Origin: Candidatus Gastranaerophilales bacterium
GTDB lineage: Bacteria > Cyanobacteriota > Vampirovibrionia > Gastranaerophilales > Gastranaerophilaceae
DNA: 64,000 nucleotides
Direction: 5' to 3'
Assembly (NCBI GenBank): GCA_944323165.1
Contig: CALURK010000004.1
Location: 30,300 to 94,299 of the forward strand
Each line of letters begins with the position of its first letter. Within the stretch, counting starts at the first letter, position 1. A model generated the notes under the pieces. It searched no databases. It was not told the origin of the DNA and saw nothing but the letters and a program-made list of their open reading frames with translations. Made by a program: the position numbers and the translations under genes. Of this stretch, positions 27,155 to 36,542 are shown in pieces.

Positions 27155-28465
27155 TTATTGACCGAGATATGCAAGTGTTTCCATTACACTGCTTGCCGTT
27201 GAAAATACTCTCGAATTCATTTGAATCATTCTTTGAGCGGTAATCATATTGGTAAGCTCTGTTGCAATATCTACGTTAGAACCTTCATATCCGCCGGATT
27301 CAATTGAACCGAAGGAAACTTCGCCTGCCATACCGTAGTAAACGTCGCCTACGTTAGCACCCCATTCCCAGAGGTTGTTGTTGATGGATACGAGACCTTC
27401 TTCGTTAACCATTGTGGCAAGTTCAATTACGAAGTTAGAATTTTCAATTGTAGCACCGCTTGCTGTAACATCATCGCCGCGGATAGTTACACCTTCAGGA
27501 GTTGTGTATTTCCAGTGTACGGTATATGTATCATCCACATATTGAGTTAAAATCGAACCGTCGCTGTATGTAGCAGCCATAATACCATTTTCATCAACAG
27601 TTGTGGATTTTAGAGTTATAGAAGTGTTGTAGTTTACCATTTCTTGAAGTGATACGACCTGATTAATAACATCAGAAGTATTATTTGTACTGCTTAATCC
27701 TGTTTCACCAAGGAAGTTACTTGTTGTACCCGGTTCATTGAATGTAATATCACCTGTGTAAGTAATTCTTCCGTCTCCGGTTACCGAAAATGTTACATCA
27801 TTAATACCGGCGTCTTGTAATTGCTGGTTGAATGCATTAAGAATTTCATTAATGGTAGGGTCGCCTTCTTCAATGGTTAATAAAACATCAGTATCACCTA
27901 CAGTAGCAGATATGTCGCCTGCTTTGATAGCTGCGTTATTAAGCTGGCTTGTTTTTTTGTTGCCGAGATTCGGATCCCCTTGTACTGTTGCACTTAGGTT
28001 TTTAGGCACTTGAACAGTTTTTCCTGAGCTTGCATTTGAATATGGAGAATCTGCGGCAACAACTTTCATACCTGACTGTGTTACAACATTCCCCTCTGAG
28101 TCTGTTGTGAATACGCCATCACGTGTGTAGTATAGCTTGCCTTCAGAATCTTGAACTACAAAGAAGCCGTTTCCGGAAATCATAAGGTCCATGTCTTTTC
28201 CCGTGCTTACAAAGTCACCGGAATTAAAGTTTCTTGTAATACCTCCAATTTTTACACCGAGACCGATTTGTCTTGGGTTTGTACCGCCTCCGTCTGTGGT
28301 TGCTGCGCTTCCGTATGACAGGGTATTTGAATACAGAGTTTCAAATGTCATGTTTGCAGCTTTAAATGCTGTCGTATTGATGTTTGCAACGTTGTTTGCA
28401 ATAACATTAATTTGCTGCTGACCGGCGTTAATACCGGTACTGGCTGTGTGTAGAGCTTGTGTCAT
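27155..28465 (-). CDS. flgE: Flagellar hook protein
   Basis: N-terminal IANNVANINTTAFK, YTRDG, C-terminal EGSNVDIATELTNMITAQR; 436 aa; follows flgD. Confidence 0.9.
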   Translation of the reverse strand: MTQALHTASTGINAGQQQINVIANNVANINTTAFKAANMTFETLYSNTLSYGSAATTDGGGTNPRQIGLGVKIGGITRNFNSGDFVSTGKDMDLMISGNGFFVVQDSEGKLYYTRDGVFTTDSEGNVVTQSGMKVVAADSPYSNASSGKTVQVPKNLSATVQGDPNLGNKKTSQLNNAAIKAGDISATVGDTDVLLTIEEGDPTINEILNAFNQQLQDAGINDVTFSVTGDGRITYTGDITFNEPGTTSNFLGETGLSSTNNTSDVINQVVSLQEMVNYNTSITLKSTTVDENGIMAATYSDGSILTQYVDDTYTVHWKYTTPEGVTIRGDDVTASGATIENSNFVIELATMVNEEGLVSINNNLWEWGANVGDVYYGMAGEVSFGSIESGGYEGSNVDIATELTNMITAQRMIQMNSRVFSTASSVMETLAYLGQ

Positions 28466-28487
28466 TGTTTCCTCCCGTTTGTACTAT

Positions 28488-29084
28488 TTATGCTTTTGAT
28501 TTTGTCGTGCCGGATTGTGTAGTTGCGGCAGTGTTCGTTGTTGTTTTTGTATTTGAGTCTGTTTCTGTGCTGGAAGAAGTGTCCTCGGATACACTTTCTC
28601 CCGGCTCTCTGATTGATGTAATATATGCGATTGAATAGTATTCGCCGTTAACTTTAATCTTACCTGTTCCGTCTTTGAAGTTTGCTTCAGTTACGGTTCC
28701 TGAAACTTCAGTATATTTAGTACTGTCTTTTTCATCAGGAATCTGAAGAGTAACCTCTTTACCTATCATAGAAAGTGTTTGAGAAATTTCAGAATTGTAT
28801 GCCATATCGGCGTACATTGCAGAAATGTATTCAACACAGTTTTCTAAGCCTTCATTCATCTGAGTCATCTGTTCAAGTGATGAATATTGTGCCAATTGAG
28901 CAAGCCATTCCGTGTTATCTGTAGGCTGCGTCGGATCCTGATTCTGGAGCTGCTGGAGCATAAGAGTCAAAAACATATTCGGATCTGACGTGTCGGTAGA
29001 TGTTGTTCTGTTTTTCATCTCTTCTGCTTTTTGCATAGCAGTCATATTTTGCATTGATGTGATTTCTGATGTTATTACACTCAT
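28488..29084 (-). CDS. flgD: Flagellar hook capping protein
   Basis: FLTLMLQQLQNQDPTQP...LAQLAQYSSLEQM. Confidence 0.92.
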   Translation of the reverse strand: MSVITSEITSMQNMTAMQKAEEMKNRTTSTDTSDPNMFLTLMLQQLQNQDPTQPTDNTEWLAQLAQYSSLEQMTQMNEGLENCVEYISAMYADMAYNSEISQTLSMIGKEVTLQIPDEKDSTKYTEVSGTVTEANFKDGTGKIKVNGEYYSIAYITSIREPGESVSEDTSSSTETDSNTKTTTNTAATTQSGTTKSKA

Positions 29085-29102
29085 AATTTACTCTCCACCC
29101 TT

Positions 29103-30434
29103 TTATACCTTACCATTTTCGTTTTCTATAAAGGACATCATCCTGTCGAACTGTTCTTTGTCTCTTTGTTCTCTTTGAGGATTCTGTTCTTTATTACCGC
29201 CTCTGGAGCCTTCCTGCTCTGTCCAGTCGGTGTTGTACTCACTTTCCTGAGTATCGTTAAGTTTTACAGTGACATTATCTACACTTACCCCGTGTGACAC
29301 TAATGTGTCTTTCAAGCCGTCAAGCCCCTTCATTATTAAATTTCTTGCATCCTGTGTTGCAACAGTAAACTGGGCTGACAAACCCTCTTTTGTATTAATC
29401 AATTGTATTGAAACTTTGCCGAGAGATTCCGGATTCAGAACAATATTTAGTTTAGAACCGTTTTGCATTCCCTCCATCTGCTTTGTTATCTGTTCAATAA
29501 TCTTGCTTGGCGTAATCTCTACAGATGCGGTCTTACTGTTTGCCGTTTGAGTATTTTGAGTCTGCATTGCCGGTTTCATTTCCGTCGTAAAATCCGCATC
29601 TGCTTGAAGCATAGCTTTTACACCCTGCTCTTCCGGTGACTGGTTCTGCATCAAATCCGAATCACCGGCGCTGCTGCTGTCAGAACTTTCTGCGTCAAGA
29701 GATTCAATGTTTAATTCCTTTAATTGATCTTCGTTTATAATATCTTCTAATGCTTCTGTTGAACTTTTGCCGGACTCATTTGTTACCTTCGTAGTTTCTG
29801 TAGTTGTTTGAACATCTGCAGCGGTTTCAAATTCTTCCAGAAAACTGTCAAGATTTTTATTAAAAACCAAGTTTTCTTCCGCTGTTTCAGTGTTTACCGT
29901 TTCAACCTCTTTTAAATCCGTTCCGTCGGTTTGTTCGGTTTGGTTAGTTTTTTCATCAGTTTCCTTTTTTTTCTCTTCATCATCATCTTCTTCAAGGTGA
30001 AGCAGTTTTTTTGCTATTTCTTTTGCATCCAAATCTTCCGTAACCTCAGTAGAATCCTCAGTTTCAGCAGCTTCTGCCGCATTAACGGATGCAATTTCAC
30101 TGTTTTCTTCCGAATCAGATGATGCACCATCCTCATCTGCAGCCCGTTTTAAAAATTCGATTAATTGCTTGATATCATAAATAACGCTTCCTGCAAATGT
30201 CTCATTTTCAGCGACTGATTTTAAAGTTTTGCCATTTCCTTCATCTTTATCTTGAATATTTTCTTCCTTATTGGCAGAACCAATATCCGTTGACTTATCG
30301 TTTTCAAAGCTTGTTTTCTGCTTATCAAATAATTTCTGAAAATCTGTTTGAGTAAATGTATCATTGCCTAATTTTGAGACGGATGATAAATTATTGCTAA
30401 TACTGTTTAAATTGTTTAATAAATTTTGAACCAT
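29103..30434 (-). CDS. fliK: Flagellar hook-length control protein
   Basis: Acidic disordered region plus C-terminal LNPESLGKVSIQL...AQFTV domain. Confidence 0.88.
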   Translation of the reverse strand: MVQNLLNNLNSISNNLSSVSKLGNDTFTQTDFQKLFDKQKTSFENDKSTDIGSANKEENIQDKDEGNGKTLKSVAENETFAGSVIYDIKQLIEFLKRAADEDGASSDSEENSEIASVNAAEAAETEDSTEVTEDLDAKEIAKKLLHLEEDDDEEKKKETDEKTNQTEQTDGTDLKEVETVNTETAEENLVFNKNLDSFLEEFETAADVQTTTETTKVTNESGKSSTEALEDIINEDQLKELNIESLDAESSDSSSAGDSDLMQNQSPEEQGVKAMLQADADFTTEMKPAMQTQNTQTANSKTASVEITPSKIIEQITKQMEGMQNGSKLNIVLNPESLGKVSIQLINTKEGLSAQFTVATQDARNLIMKGLDGLKDTLVSHGVSVDNVTVKLNDTQESEYNTDWTEQEGSRGGNKEQNPQREQRDKEQFDRMMSFIENENGKV

Positions 30435-30435
30435 T

Positions 30436-30879
30436 CTAACCTATCTTAAATCTTGCTGATGTAATGTCATCTATTTCTTTCATTTCAAGGTGTAAGAATT
30501 CTTGATAATATTGTTTCTCTTGTTTTTCTTTTAATTTTTTTAAAACTTCAACCTTTTGATGAGCTTCTTTTACCTCTTGTTGTTTTCTTGCAAGTATTGC
30601 TTTTGTGTTTGCAATTATTCTTTCCTGATTTTTTGCATCTTGAGCAAGTTTTATTCCAAAAGTCCGATATTCTTCCAACCTAAATATCTCAAGATTTTCT
30701 GAAATAGAAAGTTCCTCTTGCAGTCTGGTATTTTCTTCCTGACGATTTAAGATAGCTTGAAGCTTTCCTTGCTGTTCATTGAGAGCAGTTAAAATTCTGG
30801 ACATTTCCATCTGTCGCTGTTCTAACTCTTTTTCTCTCATGTCAAGCACGACCTGAAGCCGAAACTTGAATTTCTTCAA
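30436..30879 (-). CDS. fliJ: Flagellar export protein FliJ
   Basis: KFKFRLQVVLDMRE...LKKLKEKQ...EMKEIDD; TTG start with GAGGTAGG RBS. Confidence 0.88.
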   Translation of the reverse strand: MKKFKFRLQVVLDMREKELEQRQMEMSRILTALNEQQGKLQAILNRQEENTRLQEELSISENLEIFRLEEYRTFGIKLAQDAKNQERIIANTKAILARKQQEVKEAHQKVEVLKKLKEKQEKQYYQEFLHLEMKEIDDITSARFKIG

Positions 30880-30954
30880 CTTACCTACCTCGTCCTGTCT
30901 GAGTACTATTTGTACCTCTTATACTTTACAGCATGTTGGCATGACTACCATCGT

Positions 30955-31821
30955 TTATTTGGTGTAATTATTTATAATTGTATTGGGATGTATACCTTTT
31001 ATTCCTTTATATCCTCTTTGAGGGGTGTAATTCCAATTATATTCTCGATAAAGAGGCTCTATATATTCTTTTATTCCTTGCCATATAATATCAGTATTGT
31101 ATTCTTCACCCTGTCTTTTTAAATATTCTAACAATAACTCCGTCTGAATATTTCCTGCTCCTCTTCCTATCCCACAAAGTGAAGAATCAACTATTATATT
31201 GCGTTCTTTTTTTAATTTATTTATAAACTGAATACCCAATCCAAAGGAAAGCTGGATATTATTGTGCGAATGAAAGCCTATTTCTATATTTTTATCAACA
31301 AGTTCATTGTACACGTCAATTATTTTATCTAAATCTTCAGGAAACATTGAACCGAATGAATCAACTATATATAGAGAGTCTGCACCTATGAAATTGGCTC
31401 GTTTACATAATTTTTCAAGCTCAATTTCGTTATAGTCTATAGTGTTTGAGGCTTGAAGAAATACTTGGTATCCTTTGGATTTAATTTTTTCTGCTGTAAA
31501 TGATATTTTATCTAAATCTTCCTTATAAAAAGCTATTCTTATTATGCCAATATTGGTTTTTAAATTTAAGTTATCAATATTATATTTGCCATAATCAAAC
31601 ATAAGAGCATAACTTTGGCTGCTTTCATTCAAATCTTGAGGTTGATTATAGAAGACGCTTTCTGAATTATGTATACAATCTCTCAGCCATCCGCACTCTA
31701 CAATGTCTATGCCGGACGCTCTAAGAAAGTGTATGATCCCGGCAATTCTTTCTTTTCCGAAATTTGAATTTACAACATAAGCACCATCTCTAAGAGTACA
31801 GTCTAAAATCTTAATTCCCAT
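30955..31821 (-). CDS. DRE-TIM metallolyase (HMGL/4-hydroxy-2-oxovalerate aldolase-like)
   Basis: ILDCTLRDG, IVDSFG, GFHSHNN, GIGRGAGN. Confidence 0.8.
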   Translation of the reverse strand: MGIKILDCTLRDGAYVVNSNFGKERIAGIIHFLRASGIDIVECGWLRDCIHNSESVFYNQPQDLNESSQSYALMFDYGKYNIDNLNLKTNIGIIRIAFYKEDLDKISFTAEKIKSKGYQVFLQASNTIDYNEIELEKLCKRANFIGADSLYIVDSFGSMFPEDLDKIIDVYNELVDKNIEIGFHSHNNIQLSFGLGIQFINKLKKERNIIVDSSLCGIGRGAGNIQTELLLEYLKRQGEEYNTDIIWQGIKEYIEPLYREYNWNYTPQRGYKGIKGIHPNTIINNYTK

Positions 31822-31903
31822 CTTTAAACCTCTTCACATATCGTAACAAAAAAAGGTTGTATAGGCAATTTTTCTTTTGTTGTAGACTTTATATAAGTAA
31901 TAA

Positions 31904-32854
31904 GTGTGTAAAAAAGGAAATATTATGACAAATTCAATGTTCACTCCACAACCGAATTATTCAGGTGTAACAATACAAATCGCGAATCCGTCGGTTTATG
32001 CCGGAGGAAATCCTAATAATAGTTGTCCTCAAAGACAAATTTTAAATGATGGAGGGTTTTATGTAGCAAATCCTTATTGTAATAATGTTGGTGCACTTCC
32101 TGGGAATAATATACAAAGTCCGAATAATATGGTAATACCTGAAGATAATGCAAAAAATGATATTATGCCTAAAGCGTTATCGTATCCTCCGCAATATTAT
32201 CTGAATAATTATAACTATCAGAATGTCCCTTCTAAAGATATTATTCCTGAAAATAATGTCACTACAAAGGACAGCGTAGAAGAAAAACCAGAAGAAAATC
32301 CGACAGATATTTTACCAAAAGAAGATGTTAATTCAGTTGGGGCTTACAAAAATTATGCAGCAACTCCTTCAAAACCTGAAGATATGACAAAATCTGCAAA
32401 TATAATAGAAGATTTGGATAAAAGGGCTGCGGATGCAGAAGAAGAAAAGAAAAACAAATCTCAGCAAGATATAGTTCCATTAACTGATGAGTATATAAAA
32501 TCATTAGAAAACTATCTTGATAATCCCAATGATGAAATACGTCTAATGGCTTCCAAAGAAGTTCTATCACGTTTAGATGAGGATAAAGACAGATATAATG
32601 ATGCTGCTCTAAATGCGCTTTTGAATAAAATGCTTCAAGATCCTTCAAAATTGATAAGAATAGCAGCATTGAGCGCGTTTGCTTCTCAACTGGCAAGCGG
32701 AAACGATTATACTGTAAGTCTATTGCACAATATCCAGCAAAATCCGAATGCCGATAAAGAAGATATTCTTCAGGCAGCTGATATCTTGCTGAAGATGTCA
32801 GCAGGAAAAGAAGTTAAGGATATACCAAATCCTTCAGGAAATGAGCAAACTTAA
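31904..32854 (+). CDS. Hypothetical protein, N/P-rich N-terminus and HEAT-like C-terminus
   Basis: LDNPNDEIRLMA and LQDPSKLIRIAAL HEAT-like repeats. Confidence 0.7.
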   Translation: MCKKGNIMTNSMFTPQPNYSGVTIQIANPSVYAGGNPNNSCPQRQILNDGGFYVANPYCNNVGALPGNNIQSPNNMVIPEDNAKNDIMPKALSYPPQYYLNNYNYQNVPSKDIIPENNVTTKDSVEEKPEENPTDILPKEDVNSVGAYKNYAATPSKPEDMTKSANIIEDLDKRAADAEEEKKNKSQQDIVPLTDEYIKSLENYLDNPNDEIRLMASKEVLSRLDEDKDRYNDAALNALLNKMLQDPSKLIRIAALSAFASQLASGNDYTVSLLHNIQQNPNADKEDILQAADILLKMSAGKEVKDIPNPSGNEQT

Positions 32855-32871
32855 TATAAAGGATAAAACTT

Positions 32872-33309
32872 ATGGGAATTATGGCTAACATAGTTTGTAA
32901 AACAGCGGGTGTCGCAGGCATGAGTGCCGTTCTTTATGATGCTTATTCTTTGGGAAAGGCTAATTCAAAAAGGGTTTCCGAGGATGCAGAGGCGGATAGG
33001 TTTATAAAAATTCACGCTGAAACCAGAACTTTGTCGACTGAAAGTCCTATAAAAAATGCAATGCAAAAAAGGGTTGCTAAGTGGAGAGCTGATATGCCAT
33101 TTATGTCTACACTGTACAGCATCAAAGGGTTTACAGGAGGTCTTCTGGATTCTCTTGCAGACAACATCGTCCCTGCAGCCTGTGCTTCAATAGCTTTAGC
33201 TGCGAAAGGAACTTTTGCAAAAATTGGTGCCATAGGGCTTGCAGGATATGGAGTTTATCAAGTTGCAAAGGAAGGTTTTGGATTTACCAAAAAAACTCCC
33301 ATGAGTTAG
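32872..33309 (+). CDS. Hypothetical small membrane protein
   Basis: RBS AAGGA; Gly/Ala-rich hydrophobic segments. Confidence 0.7.
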   Translation: MGIMANIVCKTAGVAGMSAVLYDAYSLGKANSKRVSEDAEADRFIKIHAETRTLSTESPIKNAMQKRVAKWRADMPFMSTLYSIKGFTGGLLDSLADNIVPAACASIALAAKGTFAKIGAIGLAGYGVYQVAKEGFGFTKKTPMS

Positions 33310-33686
33310 CACAGTTTCTTTAGTGTATTCTTTGAATAACTTTCAAGCTTGTTAGGATTTATGTCTAAGAGTTTTTTTGTGGAAGATTCTGCCTCTTTTT
33401 CACTTTTTGATGTATACAGACCTGCTTTATATAAAAGCTTCGGACAAACAAACATCATTGTCATAAGTCCTCCTCCTAATCCAAATAAACTTGCATTTTT
33501 CCACGTTGCAGTGTAACTTCTTGCAATTACGGATGTCAAGGCTCCTGCTACTGTCGAAATTCCTGCGGCATTTATTACTGCCAAATTTCTCTCCGTCCTC
33601 TTTGCACTTGCAGAGTCATTATTGCGCCCCTTAAAGAATACCTTAGGGGCTAAGGCATTTACAGGTTGAATCATAATAACACACAC
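33306..33686 (-). CDS. Hypothetical small membrane protein
   Basis: VFFKG motif then two hydrophobic helices. Confidence 0.65.
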   Translation of the reverse strand: MCVIMIQPVNALAPKVFFKGRNNDSASAKRTERNLAVINAAGISTVAGALTSVIARSYTATWKNASLFGLGGGLMTMMFVCPKLLYKAGLYTSKSEKEAESSTKKLLDINPNKLESYSKNTLKKLC

Positions 33687-33851
33687 TTTCTTTATATCTC
33701 TATTACTATTTTAAATTGTATTTACCCTCTTTTACATAGTTCTTTAGAATTATTTTTTAAATATTGACTTTTTAATTTCTAAAATTAATCATACAAATAG
33801 ATGTATTCAAATATACGAAAAAATGCCAGAATGTATGTGTGAGAATATATT

Positions 33852-34337
33852 ATGCCCTTTGTCTATAGACTTCAAAAAATTTTAGATTTTAGAATTCGTA
33901 AAAAAGAAGAACAGTTGCTGGTAGTGCAGAAAGCGCAGCAAGAAGTTTATATAGCAGAGGAAAAAATTCGACAAAATGAAGCGGAAATCCGACAAACAAT
34001 TCAAAATAAAAAAACGGCTGATTTTAGAATGATGGAATATTATGATAATTATTTGCATCACCTCTGGGATAAGGCGGACGCTCTGGAACAGGAAAGAAAA
34101 AGGTTACAAGCTATTTTGGATGAAGAAAAAAACAAGCTGGTAAAACTTGAACAGGCGGTAAAAGTTGTCGAAAAGCACAAAGAAAAACAAAAGGAAGCGT
34201 ACTTAGAAGAACAAAAAGCTATTGAGTTAAAACAGTTTTCAGAAATTGGTGTACAAAGGTTTTTTATACATTCAAGAGAAGAAGCGGAAGAGCAAGAACT
34301 GCTTGAACAATTACAGAAATTGGAGAATGAACAGTAA
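33852..34337 (+). CDS. fliJ: Second FliJ-family protein
   Basis: PFVYRLQKILDFR...VKVVEKHKEKQ...ELKQFSE. Confidence 0.8.
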   Translation: MPFVYRLQKILDFRIRKKEEQLLVVQKAQQEVYIAEEKIRQNEAEIRQTIQNKKTADFRMMEYYDNYLHHLWDKADALEQERKRLQAILDEEKNKLVKLEQAVKVVEKHKEKQKEAYLEEQKAIELKQFSEIGVQRFFIHSREEAEEQELLEQLQKLENEQ

Positions 34338-35560
34338 TGAATATTGATGTAAATTCAAAAGTAACCACAACTAGTAGTATTTCTACTACTACAACATCTA
34401 AATCACAAGCAGAAGAGTCTGTAAAATTTTCAGATGAGCTTTCAAATCTTTCTTCAAAAGAGGTCAGTGAAAAAGAAAAAGTTAATGACGAAAATAACAC
34501 GAAGGAAAAAGATTCTATCGAGAATAAAGAAGAAAAAGTAGATAAAAAAGTTGATGAAAAAGTCGACGGAAAAAAAGAACAAAAAATAGATGAAAAGGTA
34601 GAACAAAAACCAGAAGTGAATGCCAATGAAAAGTCAAAAGAAGAAATAACGAATAAGGTTGATAACAAAGATAGGGAAAATGGGGATAAAAATTTAGAAG
34701 AAACTCCTATTTTGATGGATGATATTATGGATGGTTTAGAGGACGTCTTTGTCGCAATGAACAATAAATTCAATCAACCGGACGATAATATTAAAGATGT
34801 AGAGAATTCAGCCGATAAGAATATAAAAAACGAAGGTGATGTATTGATAAATAACGATGTAAACATTCAAGAACCTAAAGATTTAGCTTTTCAAATGAAT
34901 GCTAATATGAACTTTAACAGCGATGGTCAGCCTTTTGCGAATTTTATGAACAATCAGAATGATCAAAAATTAAGTTCTTCAGCGAAGGACTTGGCAGAAG
35001 AAAAAGCGATTTTATCAACAATGAGTGAAAATATTGCGATGGCAAATAAAAATCGTGTGTTAAATGAACAGGAAACTCAAAATCAATCGAAAGTAAAAAC
35101 TGTTTCAAATTCAGAAGGGGTTAAAAAGGTAGACAAAAAGACGAATGTGACGGTGGAAACAGTTGTAAAATATGACAATATTGTTATGAACGAAGGTGAT
35201 GTTGATTTCTTTGCTAAGCTTGTAGAAAACGGTCAAGCAGACATGACACAAGCTACTGCTAAATCCTCAAAAGTTTCCAAAACTCTTGCAGATATGCTTG
35301 CTAAATCGATGAAAGATAACCAACCTGTAAGAATAGATTTTGACAATAATATTTCTGTCATTATAAAAGTAGGTAGAGATGGAAAAATTTCAGCAGATTT
35401 TCTTCCGAGTTCTCAAGTCGCAGAAGCTTATTTAAAAGAAAATTTACCGCTTCTAAGGCAGAAATTTGAAGATAACAATATAGAATATGATGAATTAAAC
35501 CATCGAGAACAAAAACAAGACGAAAAAGAAAGACAAAAGAAGGAACAAAAAGATGAATGA
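34337..35560 (+). CDS. Second FliK/SctP-like length-control protein (divergent)
   Basis: K/E-rich disordered region; C-terminal ISVIIKVGRDGKISADF...LKENLPLLRQKF; follows fliJ. Confidence 0.65.
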   Translation: MNIDVNSKVTTTSSISTTTTSKSQAEESVKFSDELSNLSSKEVSEKEKVNDENNTKEKDSIENKEEKVDKKVDEKVDGKKEQKIDEKVEQKPEVNANEKSKEEITNKVDNKDRENGDKNLEETPILMDDIMDGLEDVFVAMNNKFNQPDDNIKDVENSADKNIKNEGDVLINNDVNIQEPKDLAFQMNANMNFNSDGQPFANFMNNQNDQKLSSSAKDLAEEKAILSTMSENIAMANKNRVLNEQETQNQSKVKTVSNSEGVKKVDKKTNVTVETVVKYDNIVMNEGDVDFFAKLVENGQADMTQATAKSSKVSKTLADMLAKSMKDNQPVRIDFDNNISVIIKVGRDGKISADFLPSSQVAEAYLKENLPLLRQKFEDNNIEYDELNHREQKQDEKERQKKEQKDE

Positions 35561-36389
35561 TTTGTACACAACAGCAATTAACACCCAAAAAGCCACAGTA
35601 GAATGGATGGATGTTCTGGCTGACAACCTTACAAACGTTTATACTCCGGGCTTTAGGGAAAATAAAGTTACTTTCAAAACTTTTCTGGGCGGGGCAGTTA
35701 TTGACAATAACGTAAAAAACCTTGGGCAAGGTAAATCAACTCCGGGTACTTCTAATGAGAATTTGTTCTTTGAAGGTTCAGGTTATTTTATGTTAAGAAG
35801 TCCTGACGGAAATGTTCAATATACTCGTCTGGGGGAATTCACTTTTGACTCAGAAGGTGTTTATCGTGCACCGAGCGGAGCAACTGTTCAAGGTTATATC
35901 CTGAATGATAAAGGCGAAATTATGTCAGGAACTCAATCAATAGGTGCAGATTTGTATGAAGAAACGGCTCTTAAAGGTGGTGCTTTAAGTATTCCGACAA
36001 CGAATATTAAACTTTGGATAGATCCTAATAATGGTAAATTCCTTGGTAAATATGATGAATATGAGATAAAAAATGACGGTACAATATACGGAAAAGCCGA
36101 TGGCGGCAATCGTTCAGTACCTCTTTACAAAATAGCAACAGCCAATTTCCATAATCCGAATGGTTTGTATGAAATTAAAGATGGCGTTTTTGTTGAAACT
36201 CCTGAATCAGGTAAGCCGGTTGTAGGCCGTGGTGAAATTCGTTCAGGTTTGTTAGAACAAGCAAATACTGATTTTAAAGCTAATATGTCAGATTATCAGC
36301 AGGCGAAAGTTCAAATGGAACTTGTAAATGCTTTGATTAAGTCAAACAAAGATCTGTTGCAATCAGCAATGGAAATGGCAACACAATAG
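35553..36389 (+). CDS. Flagellar rod/hook family protein (FlgE/F/G-like, 278 aa)
   Basis: LADNLTNVYTPGFRE, YTRLGEFTFDSEG, GLLEQANTD. Confidence 0.8.
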   Translation: MNDLYTTAINTQKATVEWMDVLADNLTNVYTPGFRENKVTFKTFLGGAVIDNNVKNLGQGKSTPGTSNENLFFEGSGYFMLRSPDGNVQYTRLGEFTFDSEGVYRAPSGATVQGYILNDKGEIMSGTQSIGADLYEETALKGGALSIPTTNIKLWIDPNNGKFLGKYDEYEIKNDGTIYGKADGGNRSVPLYKIATANFHNPNGLYEIKDGVFVETPESGKPVVGRGEIRSGLLEQANTDFKANMSDYQQAKVQMELVNALIKSNKDLLQSAMEMATQ

Positions 36390-36504
36390 TGCTATGTAAG
36401 GGCGACATAGGTGGTTAAAAATCCTAAAGTCAAAATTGAAACTTACAGTCACCTGAGATTACCAACTTACAAGATTTTAAAATATTAGTTAAACTCCGTT
36501 TTAG

Positions 36505-36536
36505 AGGGATTAAGGGATGAACTTTAATCCTTTTTT
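36505..36536 (+). terminator. Probable intrinsic terminator
   Basis: GGATTAA-N10-TTAATCC followed by a T run. Confidence 0.55.
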
Positions 36537-36542
36537 ATTTGT

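Noticed and set aside
33806-33832. sigma28 promoter before the second fliJ (TCAA-N14-GCCAGAAT)
   Set aside because: Spacer is 14 and both boxes have mismatches; too weak.
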